Below are positions 10,020 to 20,023 of a stretch of DNA of 64,000 nucleotides, piece after piece; position 1 is the first letter of the stretch, and the number at the start of each line of letters is the position of its first letter. A program made the translations under genes and the position numbers. Origin of the DNA: Bdellovibrionota bacterium (GTDB lineage: Bacteria > Bdellovibrionota_C > UBA2361 > JAAYZI01); the NCBI GenBank assembly GCA_050950765.1, contig JBMNIF010000002.1, positions 576,001-640,000 of the forward strand, read 5' to 3'. The notes below the pieces were generated by a model. The model was not told the origin of the DNA. It was given only the letters and a program-made list of their open reading frames with translations, and did no database searches.

Positions 10020-11078
10020 ATGAAATACGAATTCGGAAAAGCGGAAGATGCTTTAGGAGCAGAACGTTTACAATATCAAAAATTAAGGAAAAGACACTCT
10101 AGTTTAAAAAAATGGTCTTTTTTTATATCTCTACTCTTACTTGTCGGCGTCGGCTACTGGTATTTTTATGTTTCTTCTCAACAACGTTTTCCCAAATTAC
10201 CAGAGGGATCTTATTTAGGTAGGATTTATGAGATCTTTCCTGATGAGCCCTCAGGGGTACAATTTTTTGTTGAGAGCTTACCGACGGAGGAATTGCTTTT
10301 TTCTTTGCAGCACCCAAAATGGAAACAGCAACGGGTAACAATGGTGCTAGGAGATAGTCAAGGCAACTGGTTGCATCCGATAGTTATTGTTGGAAGTGAT
10401 ACGAAGTTAAAGTTTATCGGAAAGAGTAACGGGGGTATCTATCAAGGGAGCGTAGCAACACAAGATGGGAGTAAAAAAGGGCGTTGGGAGCTCACTATGA
10501 TCTCATCCCCCGATCACAACGCCCTTGAAGACCTGACTAAACTGGAAGAGTGGTTAACTTTAAAGTTACAATCTGAACGTCTCTCTCAAGAAATTTTAGC
10601 CTCTAAAAGATCGGTTTCTGAACAAAATAAAGAGATCACGAAGTTGACTAATTTCATCACTGATGTTGATAGCCTTAAAGCTCGTGCTGAAAAAAAGTTT
10701 CGTGAAGTTACGGAAAAGATCACTGAGGAGGAAAAGGTTTTAAAGCAGAAAGAGAAGGAGGCGCAAGTAGTAGAAAATCAACTGGTTTTAGCGCAAGTAG
10801 TAACAGACATGGGAAAGTTAGTCTCGTTATCAAGACAAACTCTTGAACGTGAAAATCGATGGATTGATTCTGTCTTAGGTAGCGCCCTACCCCCACTCGG
10901 AGAAGATTTTCAATTAGCTGTTGAACAGGCAAAAAAAATCATCGGTGTAAAAAAAGCCATCGCCGAAGAGGAGGAGTATATCAATCACCTACGTAGTTTA
11001 ATGCAGGGCGGAGCGCCGCAAGCTACGCCTCCACCACCACCGACTACTTTTGGATCTTTGTGGGGGAATGCGCAATGA
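10020..11078 (+). CDS. Hypothetical membrane-anchored coiled-coil protein
   Basis: N-terminal TM helix, long heptad-rich region, Pro-rich tail. Confidence 0.7.
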   Translation: MKYEFGKAEDALGAERLQYQKLRKRHSSLKKWSFFISLLLLVGVGYWYFYVSSQQRFPKLPEGSYLGRIYEIFPDEPSGVQFFVESLPTEELLFSLQHPKWKQQRVTMVLGDSQGNWLHPIVIVGSDTKLKFIGKSNGGIYQGSVATQDGSKKGRWELTMISSPDHNALEDLTKLEEWLTLKLQSERLSQEILASKRSVSEQNKEITKLTNFITDVDSLKARAEKKFREVTEKITEEEKVLKQKEKEAQVVENQLVLAQVVTDMGKLVSLSRQTLERENRWIDSVLGSALPPLGEDFQLAVEQAKKIIGVKKAIAEEEEYINHLRSLMQGGAPQATPPPPPTTFGSLWGNAQ

Positions 11079-11926
11079 AACGAGGTATTATCTTTTTTGC
11101 TCTGATTTTTTTAGCACTATTAACTTGTAGCAGTAACGCCTTTACTCAAGAACAAGTTATTGAGGTTGTAGTTAGTAGGTTAGTTAAGACCTCCTTTGAG
11201 CCGAAGGAAGCTTTTTTTATACTTAATCTTAACGAAGAGGTACAAAAAGTTCCTGTAAAACTTTGGATTACAGATCCTAATGATACAAAAACGGAAGGGA
11301 GTGATCTTTACAGATATTTTGGCACTTTATTTAAACTTCCTGCTACTCAAGAAAGTTTTCAAGAAGCTCTTCTAATTCTTGGCAACAATGGAGAAGGTGA
11401 ATTTTTCCCGTTTAAAACTCATCAAACAGCAGATGATGTTGTTTCGAATGAAGAGCTTTTAAATCTCCTTCAAAAACAGAAAGAAGCTATTGAAAGTTGG
11501 CGGGTGCAATTACGAGTGCAATCAGAAAGTTTAGAACGTTTACGTTCTGATGCTGAAATTATCGGCAACTTAGGAAAGATTGCAGAAAAAACCACAGAGC
11601 TACAACGTATGAAGATACAACGCCGCAACCTTGATCGTGATATGGAGAACTTAAAACGTTTTATCAAGATCGCTGGTAAAACTCCAAAGCCACACAATTT
11701 TACACGCCGTCAAAATATGTTGACTGAACAGTTAGAGGAGATCGCTAAAGCTGCTAAAGCGATGGAGGCGGGAGAGAGAGATCGTAAGAATCAGAGCGAA
11801 AGCGAGTTGCAACAACAGCTGCGCATGGTAGAAGAAACTAGAGACGAAGATTATGATGCTCTAAGAGAAAGGCTTAAAGCACTTAGACAAGAAAAAGTTG
11901 CACTTGAAGATTCTTATATGAGGTAA
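11075..11926 (+). CDS. Hypothetical exported coiled-coil protein
   Basis: ATG overlaps upstream stop (ATGA); signal peptide MKRGIIFFALIFLALLTCSSNAFT; coiled-coil C-terminal half. Confidence 0.7.
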   Translation: MKRGIIFFALIFLALLTCSSNAFTQEQVIEVVVSRLVKTSFEPKEAFFILNLNEEVQKVPVKLWITDPNDTKTEGSDLYRYFGTLFKLPATQESFQEALLILGNNGEGEFFPFKTHQTADDVVSNEELLNLLQKQKEAIESWRVQLRVQSESLERLRSDAEIIGNLGKIAEKTTELQRMKIQRRNLDRDMENLKRFIKIAGKTPKPHNFTRRQNMLTEQLEEIAKAAKAMEAGERDRKNQSESELQQQLRMVEETRDEDYDALRERLKALRQEKVALEDSYMR

Positions 11927-11936
11927 AAGGTATATT

Positions 11937-12239
11937 ATGACGGAGTCGCTATCAAACACCGCTGACTATCACCGTTTAGCTCAGTTGGTGTGCGATCGAG
12001 GCTTGGCGGCTCCAGCAGTATTTTTTCTTGAAATGTATAAACCTGTTTCTACATTAATCGGTTCTGGAGCTCTCCTCTGCGAACCCCTCTTAAAGATCTT
12101 CTTTACAGGTGAGGCAACAGCAACAGCTATTGATTTTTTACAATCAAGGGAAAACATAGAACGTTTAATCTACGAGATAGAAGAGATAAGTCGCCTTAAT
12201 AAAGCGCAGAATAGAGAAAAGACTCAAAATTTATCTTAA
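11937..12239 (+). CDS. Small hypothetical protein
   Basis: 100 aa ORF with RBS, operonic with the upstream genes; 'PAVFFLEMYKPV...LQSRENIERLI'. Confidence 0.65.
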   Translation: MTESLSNTADYHRLAQLVCDRGLAAPAVFFLEMYKPVSTLIGSGALLCEPLLKIFFTGEATATAIDFLQSRENIERLIYEIEEISRLNKAQNREKTQNLS

Positions 12240-12327
12240 TAAATTCAATATATTACAAATAGGAGATCTCCATCAAAGCCGCATAACATATTAGGTTTAT
12301 TGTTATTTTTACCTATCTGGACAAATC

Positions 12328-12364
12328 CAAACTTAAACTTTGACATTGTCGAAGTTTAAGTTTG
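12328..12364. promoter_or_regulatory. 37-bp near-perfect palindrome overlapping TTGACA hexamers (operator candidate)
   Basis: CAAACTTAAACTTTGACA-T-TGTCGAAGTTTAAGTTTG, 17/18 arm match. Confidence 0.55.
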
Positions 12365-12396
12365 ACATTGCCAAAGCTGTAAAGTATATTTGTCTT

Positions 12397-13605
12397 ATGT
12401 ACTACATCCGTGACATTACAGATAGGCTTAAAGAATTAGCAAGCACATTTAATGTTGTAATCGTTACAGGTGCAAGACAGACAGGAAAGACCACATTACT
12501 TAAAGAGGTATTCCCTAATTATGAATACATCTCCCTTGATCTTCCCAGTGTAGCTGAACAAGCTGAAAAACAACCGCAGGATTTTTTTTCAAGACACTCT
12601 GAATATCTTATTATTGATGAGGTGCAATACGCCCCCTCTTTGTTTAGACACATCAAGTATCTTGTCGATGAAGATAGACAAAAAAAAGGAAGATATATCC
12701 TTTCCGGATCGCAAAAATTTAATTTAATGAAAGAAGTTTCAGAAAGTTTAGCAGGACGGTGTGCCGTCCTTAATTTAGAAACATTCTCTTTTTCTGAAAT
12801 AAAGAGTCATAATCGCTTTAAAAGTGTCTTAGATTACCAAACAATGCTTATGAAAGGCGGTTTTCCTGAACTTTGGGAGAACAGAGATCTTAAACGACAA
12901 GATTTTTTTTACAGCTATTTATCGACATACCTTGAAAGAGATGTCAGACAACTTCTCGGAATCGCAAGTCTAAGAGATTTTGAAAGATTTATCCGTCTCT
13001 GTGCTTCAAGAAATGCACAATTACTGAATAAAACCGAACTCGCAAAAGATGTTGGCGTCTCTGCTACAACCATTAACAACTGGTTGTCTGTTATGGAGGC
13101 TTCAAACCAAATAGTCTTATTGGAGCCGTATTATGAAAACTTGGGAAAAAGAATTATTAAGACACCCAAATTGTATTTTTGCGATACGGGATTACTGACA
13201 TACCTACTCGGCTTACAAAGCCTCTCAAAAACCCCTTTTACTGGAATGATTTGGGAAACATTTATTTTTTCTGAATTAAGAAAATATCTACATAAGGCTA
13301 CTTCAGGATCTTCTTTGTGGTTTTATAGAGATAAAAACGGCACAGAGGTGGATTTTGTAATCATACAAGGGGCTGAAGTTACCCTCTTTGAATGTAAGTG
13401 GTCCGAGCTACCTGTAAAGCAAGATGCCGCAGGACTACTTAAGGTAGGATCTTACTTTAAAGAAAAGAAGCCGATCCCTTTCGAAGTTAAACAGAATTTT
13501 ATCGTTTGCAGAACGGAGACCCCATTCCCTATCGCACACGATGTTACAGCCATAAACGGATTTAATTTAGCTGAAGATATGAAAAGACACTTTCAAGATA
13601 CTTAA
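12397..13605 (+). CDS. AAA+ ATPase (AAA_14 + DUF4143 family)
   Basis: Walker A 'GARQTGKT', Walker B 'IIDEVQ', 'SLAGR', 'KTPKLYFCDTGL', 'EVDFVI...ECK'; start chosen at MYYIR. Confidence 0.88.
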   Translation: MYYIRDITDRLKELASTFNVVIVTGARQTGKTTLLKEVFPNYEYISLDLPSVAEQAEKQPQDFFSRHSEYLIIDEVQYAPSLFRHIKYLVDEDRQKKGRYILSGSQKFNLMKEVSESLAGRCAVLNLETFSFSEIKSHNRFKSVLDYQTMLMKGGFPELWENRDLKRQDFFYSYLSTYLERDVRQLLGIASLRDFERFIRLCASRNAQLLNKTELAKDVGVSATTINNWLSVMEASNQIVLLEPYYENLGKRIIKTPKLYFCDTGLLTYLLGLQSLSKTPFTGMIWETFIFSELRKYLHKATSGSSLWFYRDKNGTEVDFVIIQGAEVTLFECKWSELPVKQDAAGLLKVGSYFKEKKPIPFEVKQNFIVCRTETPFPIAHDVTAINGFNLAEDMKRHFQDT

Positions 13606-13921
13606 ATCAGAGAAAAGACAAGTGTTTTTTCGTTTCGAAGAGATATAAAAGAACCTTCTAAAAAAACAATTTTAAATTCGCATAATAACCTAAATTGATT
13701 ATACTTATTCTTATATTTTAGACTAACTTTAGGATACTTGACCGAATCTGGTGGCGGCGGCGTCTATTTACGCAGCAGAAACTCACTCCTTACAAAAGGA
13801 AGTAAAATTTGCTATAGACTCGTCCCCTTATTACTATCAGTATCTAAGTTTACTTTAGTTTTACATTAGAAGTGTAACCTTAACCGTGTATGCAGTTTTA
13901 TAAATTAACTTAGGAGGATCT

Positions 13922-15430
13922 GTGGCTATTATTATTGATGACATATCTAGAACTTTCCAAGAATATCTACTCCTACCTGGGTTAACGAAAAAGGAAAATA
14001 TCCCATCTAATGTTAATTTAAAGGTTCCCATTCAACGCTTAACTAAAGATAGAAAGCAGGGGTTATCCGCAAATATACCGATCGTCTCTGCTGCAATGCA
14101 GGCAGTAACAGGTTCTGATTTAGCGATCGCTTTAGCCAGAAAGGGTGGTATCGGATTCGTCTATTGCTCACAATCCGTTGAAGAAGAAGCTAAAATCGTA
14201 CGCAAAGTTAAGGAACATAAGGCGGGCTTTGTGGAGTCAGATTCAAACCTTGCACCTGATGCTACCTTAAGAGATGCACTTAAGTTAAGGGAAAAAACGG
14301 GGCACTCCACGATAGCAATTACGCAAGACGGCACCGCTCATTCAAAATTATTAGGCATTCTAACCGGCAAAGATTTTTGGGAGTTTAAAGACGACCTCTC
14401 TAAACCTGTTTCAGAATACTACACCCCACTAGATAAGTTAGTCTACGGCGAAGAGGGTATCTCGTTGCAGGAGGCAACAGAAAAGTTGTGGTTAAATAAG
14501 AAAGAGTGCCTACCGATCGTTGATAAGACAGGGCGGCTTTCTGCTCTCGTTTTCAGAAAAGATTACTTTGATCATAAATCAAACCCTTATGAATTATCTG
14601 ACGCAAAGAAGAGACTTATTGTCGGTGCTGCTCTCAACACTCACGATTTTAAAGTGCGTGGTCCAGCTATGTTTGATGCCGGTGCAGATTGTGTCTGCTT
14701 GGACTCTTCTGATGGCTATGGCGAATGGCAAAAAGAGGCTGCGCACTGGTTACGTAAAGAGTGTGGCAGTGATGTAGTTATCGGCGGCGGCAATGTGGTA
14801 AGTGGCGACGGTTTTCGTTATTTAGCAGAAGAAGCGAAGCTTGATTTTGTTAAAGTCGGTATCGGCGGTGGTTCGATCTGTATTACACGCGAACAGAAGG
14901 GGATCGGGCGTGGACAGGCATCGGCAGTTTTAGATGTGGCGGCAGCACGTGATGCTTATTACGCAGAAACTGGGAATTATGTACCGATCTGTTCAGATGG
15001 CGGATTATTAAATGATACTCATGTAATCTTGGCACTCGCTATGGGAGCCGATTTTGTAATGATGGGACGTTATTTTGCTATGACAGAAGAGAGTCCAACT
15101 CCGAAGATCACTTATAAAGGAAGGATGTATAAGCCGTACTGGGGAGAGGGTTCAAACCGTGCTCGCAACTGGCAACGTTATAAACAATCAGAGAGAGAGC
15201 AACTTATTTTTGAAGAAGGTGTTGATGCTTACGTACCGTTTAGCGGAACTCTTTCAGAAAAGATTGATGTTACTATCGCAAAATTAAAATCAACGATGTG
15301 CAATATAGGTGTAACAACTATTAAAGAGCTACATCAGAACGCTCGCTTAACGCGAGTCTCTCCGATGACCTTAGTAGAAGGTGGCACTTCACACGTTGAA
15401 AATTTAGATAGAACACAATCTAATCAGTAA
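13922..15430 (+). CDS. guaB: IMP dehydrogenase with CBS pair
   Basis: 'KVGIGGGSICITRE', 'CSDGG', 'MMGRYFA', 'YWGEGS'. Confidence 0.95.
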   Translation: MAIIIDDISRTFQEYLLLPGLTKKENIPSNVNLKVPIQRLTKDRKQGLSANIPIVSAAMQAVTGSDLAIALARKGGIGFVYCSQSVEEEAKIVRKVKEHKAGFVESDSNLAPDATLRDALKLREKTGHSTIAITQDGTAHSKLLGILTGKDFWEFKDDLSKPVSEYYTPLDKLVYGEEGISLQEATEKLWLNKKECLPIVDKTGRLSALVFRKDYFDHKSNPYELSDAKKRLIVGAALNTHDFKVRGPAMFDAGADCVCLDSSDGYGEWQKEAAHWLRKECGSDVVIGGGNVVSGDGFRYLAEEAKLDFVKVGIGGGSICITREQKGIGRGQASAVLDVAAARDAYYAETGNYVPICSDGGLLNDTHVILALAMGADFVMMGRYFAMTEESPTPKITYKGRMYKPYWGEGSNRARNWQRYKQSEREQLIFEEGVDAYVPFSGTLSEKIDVTIAKLKSTMCNIGVTTIKELHQNARLTRVSPMTLVEGGTSHVENLDRTQSNQ

Positions 15431-15440
15431 TTGTTAAGAG

Positions 15441-16034
15441 ATGGATTGCAAAGATAATCAGGTGGTTCGTGAGCTTATCTTAGCCTCTGCTTCAGAGATG
15501 CGTAGTGAACTACTTAAGGTGTGCGGTGTTTCCTTTAAAGTCTGCCCTGCCGATATAGATGAAACGACTTTCCCTGAAGAAACTCCACTAGATGCCATTA
15601 AACGTTTAGCCTTAACAAAGGCCAAAGTTATTAGCGCTAAGTATCCTGACGCTTACGTTATAGGCGCAGATACAGATGTGGTTATTGATGGTGAGGTCTT
15701 AGGGAAACCGTTATGCGCCGAACGTGCAGAGGAGATGTTGCACCGTTTACAGGGACGAGAGCACTCTGTCATCGGATCTTTTGCCATCGTCTGCAAAACA
15801 AAGCCTCTTGAGGTGGTGGAATCAAGCGTTACAAAAGTTAAGTTTTTACCGATGACACCTGCGGAGATACGTGGCTATGTTGAAACAGGCGAGCCTCTTA
15901 ATAAAGCAGGAGCCTGTTCCATTCAAGGTTGCGGCATGCAATTTATAAGTGAAATCTGCGGCTCTTACAGCAATGTGATCGGATTAGACGTTGCAGCTTT
16001 ATTAAAAAAGATGAAAACTCTCTCCATTATATAA
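15441..16034 (+). CDS. maf: Maf-family nucleoside triphosphate pyrophosphatase
   Basis: 'LILASAS', 'IGADT.V..DG.VLGKP', 'KAGA.SIQG', 'NVIGL'. Confidence 0.9.
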   Translation: MDCKDNQVVRELILASASEMRSELLKVCGVSFKVCPADIDETTFPEETPLDAIKRLALTKAKVISAKYPDAYVIGADTDVVIDGEVLGKPLCAERAEEMLHRLQGREHSVIGSFAIVCKTKPLEVVESSVTKVKFLPMTPAEIRGYVETGEPLNKAGACSIQGCGMQFISEICGSYSNVIGLDVAALLKKMKTLSII

Positions 16035-16058
16035 ATAGCATTAAAGCGTTATTTAAAT

Positions 16059-16754
16059 ATGGAAACTCTTATTTCACGCTATCTAAATATTATTACAAAC
16101 TTAAACTCAATAGCCTCCCGCAAAGGGCTTTCTGCGCCAACCCTTGTCGCCGTTTCAAAATACCAAGCGGTGGAGCAGATGCGGATTTTGGCTGATTTTT
16201 TAATCTCTAAAGGTGAATTAGCGTTTTTTGGAGAAAGTTACATTCAAGAATATCGCGCCAAACAAAAGCTTTTACCTCCGCACCGCTCACACCTAATCGG
16301 TCGCTTGCAACGGAATAAAGCGCGTGAAGCAGTGGAGCTTTTTGATGTGATAGAAAGCGTGCACTCACTCCCCCTAGCGGAAGCGTTACAACGAGAAGCA
16401 GAGAGATGTAATAAAATACAGGATATCTTCTTACAAATTAACGTTTCAGAAGAGGAGGGTAAGGCCGGTTTTTATAAAACTGACCTTCCTGCTGTGCTAA
16501 AGGAGGTTTTATCTTTTACAGCATTAAAACTTTGCGGTGTAATGACTATCACAAGGTATTATAAAAATCGGGAAGAGGTTAGACCTGATTTTGCTAAAAT
16601 GAAGAACCTAGCCGATATCATACAGGAAAAGCACCCTTCTTTAAGCAAACCTTTTCAGATCAGTATGGGCATGTCTGCTGATTATGATATCGCCACAGAG
16701 GAGGGCGCAACCTTTGTAAGGGTCGGTAGCGCTCTTTTCGGAGAGCGTTACTAA
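16059..16754 (+). CDS. yggS: YggS/PLPBP pyridoxal phosphate homeostasis protein
   Basis: 'LVAVSK', 'IGRLQRNK', 'SMGMSADY', 'VRVGSALFGER'. Confidence 0.92.
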   Translation: METLISRYLNIITNLNSIASRKGLSAPTLVAVSKYQAVEQMRILADFLISKGELAFFGESYIQEYRAKQKLLPPHRSHLIGRLQRNKAREAVELFDVIESVHSLPLAEALQREAERCNKIQDIFLQINVSEEEGKAGFYKTDLPAVLKEVLSFTALKLCGVMTITRYYKNREEVRPDFAKMKNLADIIQEKHPSLSKPFQISMGMSADYDIATEEGATFVRVGSALFGERY

Positions 16755-16988
16755 CCACCTCTAAAGCTAATTGTTTTTAAATATTTTAGCGGTATCTTCT
16801 AGGTAATTTTTAGGCAGATGTGCCCTTAGTTACAGGTTGGCTAAAGATAAGCTAAGGATATTTTACTGGTATCTTTTAGCTAATTATTAGGTAAAGGGAT
16901 CGCTCTTTACAGTATGGTATGTTTTATAAAGTTTTTGTAAACTCCGTAATATCTATAAACAGTGCACTTTTAAGCAGGCGGTGATATT

Positions 16989-17663
16989 ATGAAACATTTA
17001 TTTATCCTTACTTTAATACTTATCACTTCTATGACTACTTCTTGTAGTCCCAGATGGCCCCACAGATACGATACCTTAGCGCCGCGCGCACCATTTCACG
17101 GCTTTGGAAAAGTTGTGGTCTTAGTACGTGATAATCGTGCTGAAGTTTTAAACGGCTTAAGGAACCCGCAAGATGTCGGTACTGTCGAATCAATGGGCAA
17201 AACATTTCCGATTGAGATAGCAACCGGTCACGCCTTTGCTCAAGATGTAGGAGTTTCCGTTTGTAATTCTCTGATAGGTAAAGGCTTTGAATGTGTCCCC
17301 CTTGTATCCGGCAGATCTGAGATTGCAGAAGAGTTAGATTACATTAAAGAAACGCAAGCTCCTGTCAGAACTTTATTTGTCACCGTTGAAGAGTGGAATG
17401 TTGAGGTCTTTGTTAAAACCCGTGTTCAATACAACTTTGCATTAAAAGTTTTTAATGCAAATGGAGAGACAAAGGCCTCACTTAACACGGCAGGAGAAGA
17501 GCAGCTCGGGAAAGTTACAACTCTCAACCCAGCTAAAGCAGCGAGTAGAAGCGCACCTGCGGTGCTAAACAACGTCTTAAGCTCTCTCTTAAGCCATTCT
17601 CAAGTAATTTCAAGTATGAATATGGTGCGTGATATCGATGTGCTGGGATCGCGTTATAAATAA
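16989..17663 (+). CDS. Putative lipoprotein
   Basis: Signal peptide with lipobox-like 'TTSC'. Confidence 0.65.
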   Translation: MKHLFILTLILITSMTTSCSPRWPHRYDTLAPRAPFHGFGKVVVLVRDNRAEVLNGLRNPQDVGTVESMGKTFPIEIATGHAFAQDVGVSVCNSLIGKGFECVPLVSGRSEIAEELDYIKETQAPVRTLFVTVEEWNVEVFVKTRVQYNFALKVFNANGETKASLNTAGEEQLGKVTTLNPAKAASRSAPAVLNNVLSSLLSHSQVISSMNMVRDIDVLGSRYK

Positions 17664-17684
17664 TTTTTTTATAGGTTATACAAA

Positions 17685-18887
17685 ATGTCACTACAACTTT
17701 CGCAGCGAGCGTGCAATACGCCTCCCTCACCGATCAGACGGCTAGCGCATTTAGCAAAACAAGCTAAAGCAGCGGGTAATAAAGTCTACTCTCTTAATAT
17801 CGGACAACCTGATATTAAATCTCCAGAGGTTTTTTTTGAAGGATTACGTCACTACCAATCTGATGTACTGGAGTATGAAGTTTCTGAAGGAAACCGCATC
17901 TTACGTGAAGGATTAGCCGCTTATTTTAGCCGCACCTTAGATCTTGAACTCGTTTCTTGGCAATTTTTAATTACCACTGGTGCTAGTGAAGCTCTGATCT
18001 TTATATTTATGATCTGCTGTGATCCAGGTGACGAAGTTATGATCTTCGATCCGACCTATGCTAACTATATGGGTTTTGCTTCTATCTGCGGTGTTAATTT
18101 AATTTCACTTGTCACAAAGATGGAGAACAACTTTGCACTACCACCAGCTGAAGAGATAGTTAAGCGTATCACACCACGCACTCGGGCAATTTTATTATGC
18201 AGCCCCAACAATCCAACTGGTACTGTTTATAGTCGTGACGAGTTACGGATGCTACTTAACATCTGTGAGGAGCACGATATATTTTTAATTGTTGATGAAA
18301 CGTATCGAGAGATTATCTTTGACGGGTTAATGCCTTTTTCAATTTTACACCTCGGTGCACGTAACGATCGTGTAATTGTAGTTGATAGTCTATCTAAACG
18401 TTTTAGCCTTTGTGGCGCACGTATCGGATGCTTAATTACCAGTAATCAAGATGTTTTAGCGAAAGCTCTAAGTGTTGCACAAGCTCGTTTAGCAGCTCCA
18501 ACGATTGAACAATTTGCCGCTGCTTATATGTTAAAACACCTCCCCAATAACTACGTTGAAGGTATAAAAACAGAGTATGCCAAAAGACGTGATATCTTGT
18601 ATGAAGCCTTATGTAACCTCCCTGGGGTTTCTGCGTTTAAGCCACAAGGAGCTTTTTACACCTTAGTGCAACTACCTGTGGATGATGCTGAGAAGTTTGC
18701 TTCATTTATGCTTTCTCAATTTTCGTATGAACATGAAACTGTTTTTGTAGCCCCTGGAACAGGTTTTTATATGACAACGGAAGAGGGGCGCAATCGAGTG
18801 CGCTTAGCTTGTGTTTTAAATCCTGAAGATATGCGGAGATCGATTGAGGTCTTAGGAAGAGGTCTTATCGCTTATCAAAATATGTGA
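17685..18887 (+). CDS. PLP-dependent aminotransferase class I/II
   Basis: 'LNIGQPD', 'SPNNPTG', 'DETY', 'DSLSKRFSLCGARIG'. Confidence 0.92.
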   Translation: MSLQLSQRACNTPPSPIRRLAHLAKQAKAAGNKVYSLNIGQPDIKSPEVFFEGLRHYQSDVLEYEVSEGNRILREGLAAYFSRTLDLELVSWQFLITTGASEALIFIFMICCDPGDEVMIFDPTYANYMGFASICGVNLISLVTKMENNFALPPAEEIVKRITPRTRAILLCSPNNPTGTVYSRDELRMLLNICEEHDIFLIVDETYREIIFDGLMPFSILHLGARNDRVIVVDSLSKRFSLCGARIGCLITSNQDVLAKALSVAQARLAAPTIEQFAAAYMLKHLPNNYVEGIKTEYAKRRDILYEALCNLPGVSAFKPQGAFYTLVQLPVDDAEKFASFMLSQFSYEHETVFVAPGTGFYMTTEEGRNRVRLACVLNPEDMRRSIEVLGRGLIAYQNM

Positions 18888-18926
18888 GCACTAGACACCG
18901 AACATAAAAAAGAGAGGTGCCTTTCT

Positions 18927-19904
18927 ATGCCGTTAGGACGTGATATTTTTGCAGAACGGATGATTCAAGCAGAGGCAAACCCTGTGCTTTTACTTGCTCC
19001 TATGCAAGGGATTACCACACCACTTTTTCGTAATGCCGTTATAAAACTTGGTGGTGTTGATTTAGTAGCAACGGAGTTTGTACGGATCGGGCAAGAGAAT
19101 CAGAAGGTACCCCCATTTGTCAGACACTCCGTGCCGCTACAAATTCAATTTATGGCAAAAGACCCTCAAGTTTTAGCAACGGTTATCCATAAAATGCAGC
19201 CGGAACAGATTAAGCCCGATGATTGGCTGGATTTAAATGCAGGGTGTCCCTCAAAACGTGTTAATTCACACGGCGCTGGCGCAGCCTTATTGTGCGATCC
19301 TAAAAAACTACGTCTGATGTTGGAAGAGATTAGAGGTGTTTGGCAAGGAGTTTTGTCTGTAAAGATTAGACTCGGTTTTAATTCAGTTACTGAATTTGAT
19401 ACTTTGCTAGAGGTTTTAAAAGACGCTCCTCTTGATTTTATCACTATCCATGCCAAGACAAGAGCTGCCGCAACTTTAGATTCAAGCGCTATCCATAAAG
19501 AGCTTTTAGCGCAAGCTACTCAAGTGCTACCGTTTCCTGTGATCGGTAATGGCGAGATCTGGAGTGCAGCAGAAGCTTTAACTTTAATAAAAGAGTGTGG
19601 TTTGCGCGGAGTTATGTTCGGACGACCTGCTATTGCTAATCCCTTTATCTTTAAAGAGGTTCGAGATCTATTAAATGGCTTACAACCATCTTCTAATGAA
19701 GAGCGTAAAAAGCAACTACTCTCTTTTATCAGATCTCTACTTAAAGAGTTTCAAGCTTTAAATAACCGTTCCCTTTGTGGCGCTTGGAAAGAGTTGTGTT
19801 TCTGGTTTTCAAAAAATCCCCTCCTCGATCTGACCTTATTTGAGAAAACAAAACGTCTTACTACCCTAACTCAATGTGAAGAGGTATTGTTAGATTTTGA
19901 TTAA
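18927..19904 (+). CDS. dus: tRNA-dihydrouridine synthase family protein
   Basis: 'LAPMQG', 'DLNAGCP', 'SVKIRLG', 'IGNGEI', 'MFGR'. Confidence 0.88.
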   Translation: MPLGRDIFAERMIQAEANPVLLLAPMQGITTPLFRNAVIKLGGVDLVATEFVRIGQENQKVPPFVRHSVPLQIQFMAKDPQVLATVIHKMQPEQIKPDDWLDLNAGCPSKRVNSHGAGAALLCDPKKLRLMLEEIRGVWQGVLSVKIRLGFNSVTEFDTLLEVLKDAPLDFITIHAKTRAAATLDSSAIHKELLAQATQVLPFPVIGNGEIWSAAEALTLIKECGLRGVMFGRPAIANPFIFKEVRDLLNGLQPSSNEERKKQLLSFIRSLLKEFQALNNRSLCGAWKELCFWFSKNPLLDLTLFEKTKRLTTLTQCEEVLLDFD

Positions 19905-20023
19905 AGTTTAATCTCTTTTAGATAAGAAATTGAACTTGCTTTTTACTACAAAAGAACATAATTCTTCTGACTCTCTTTTTTTTAAACAGATAGACGGTAT
20001 TAAAATAATTATAGTTATAAGAT

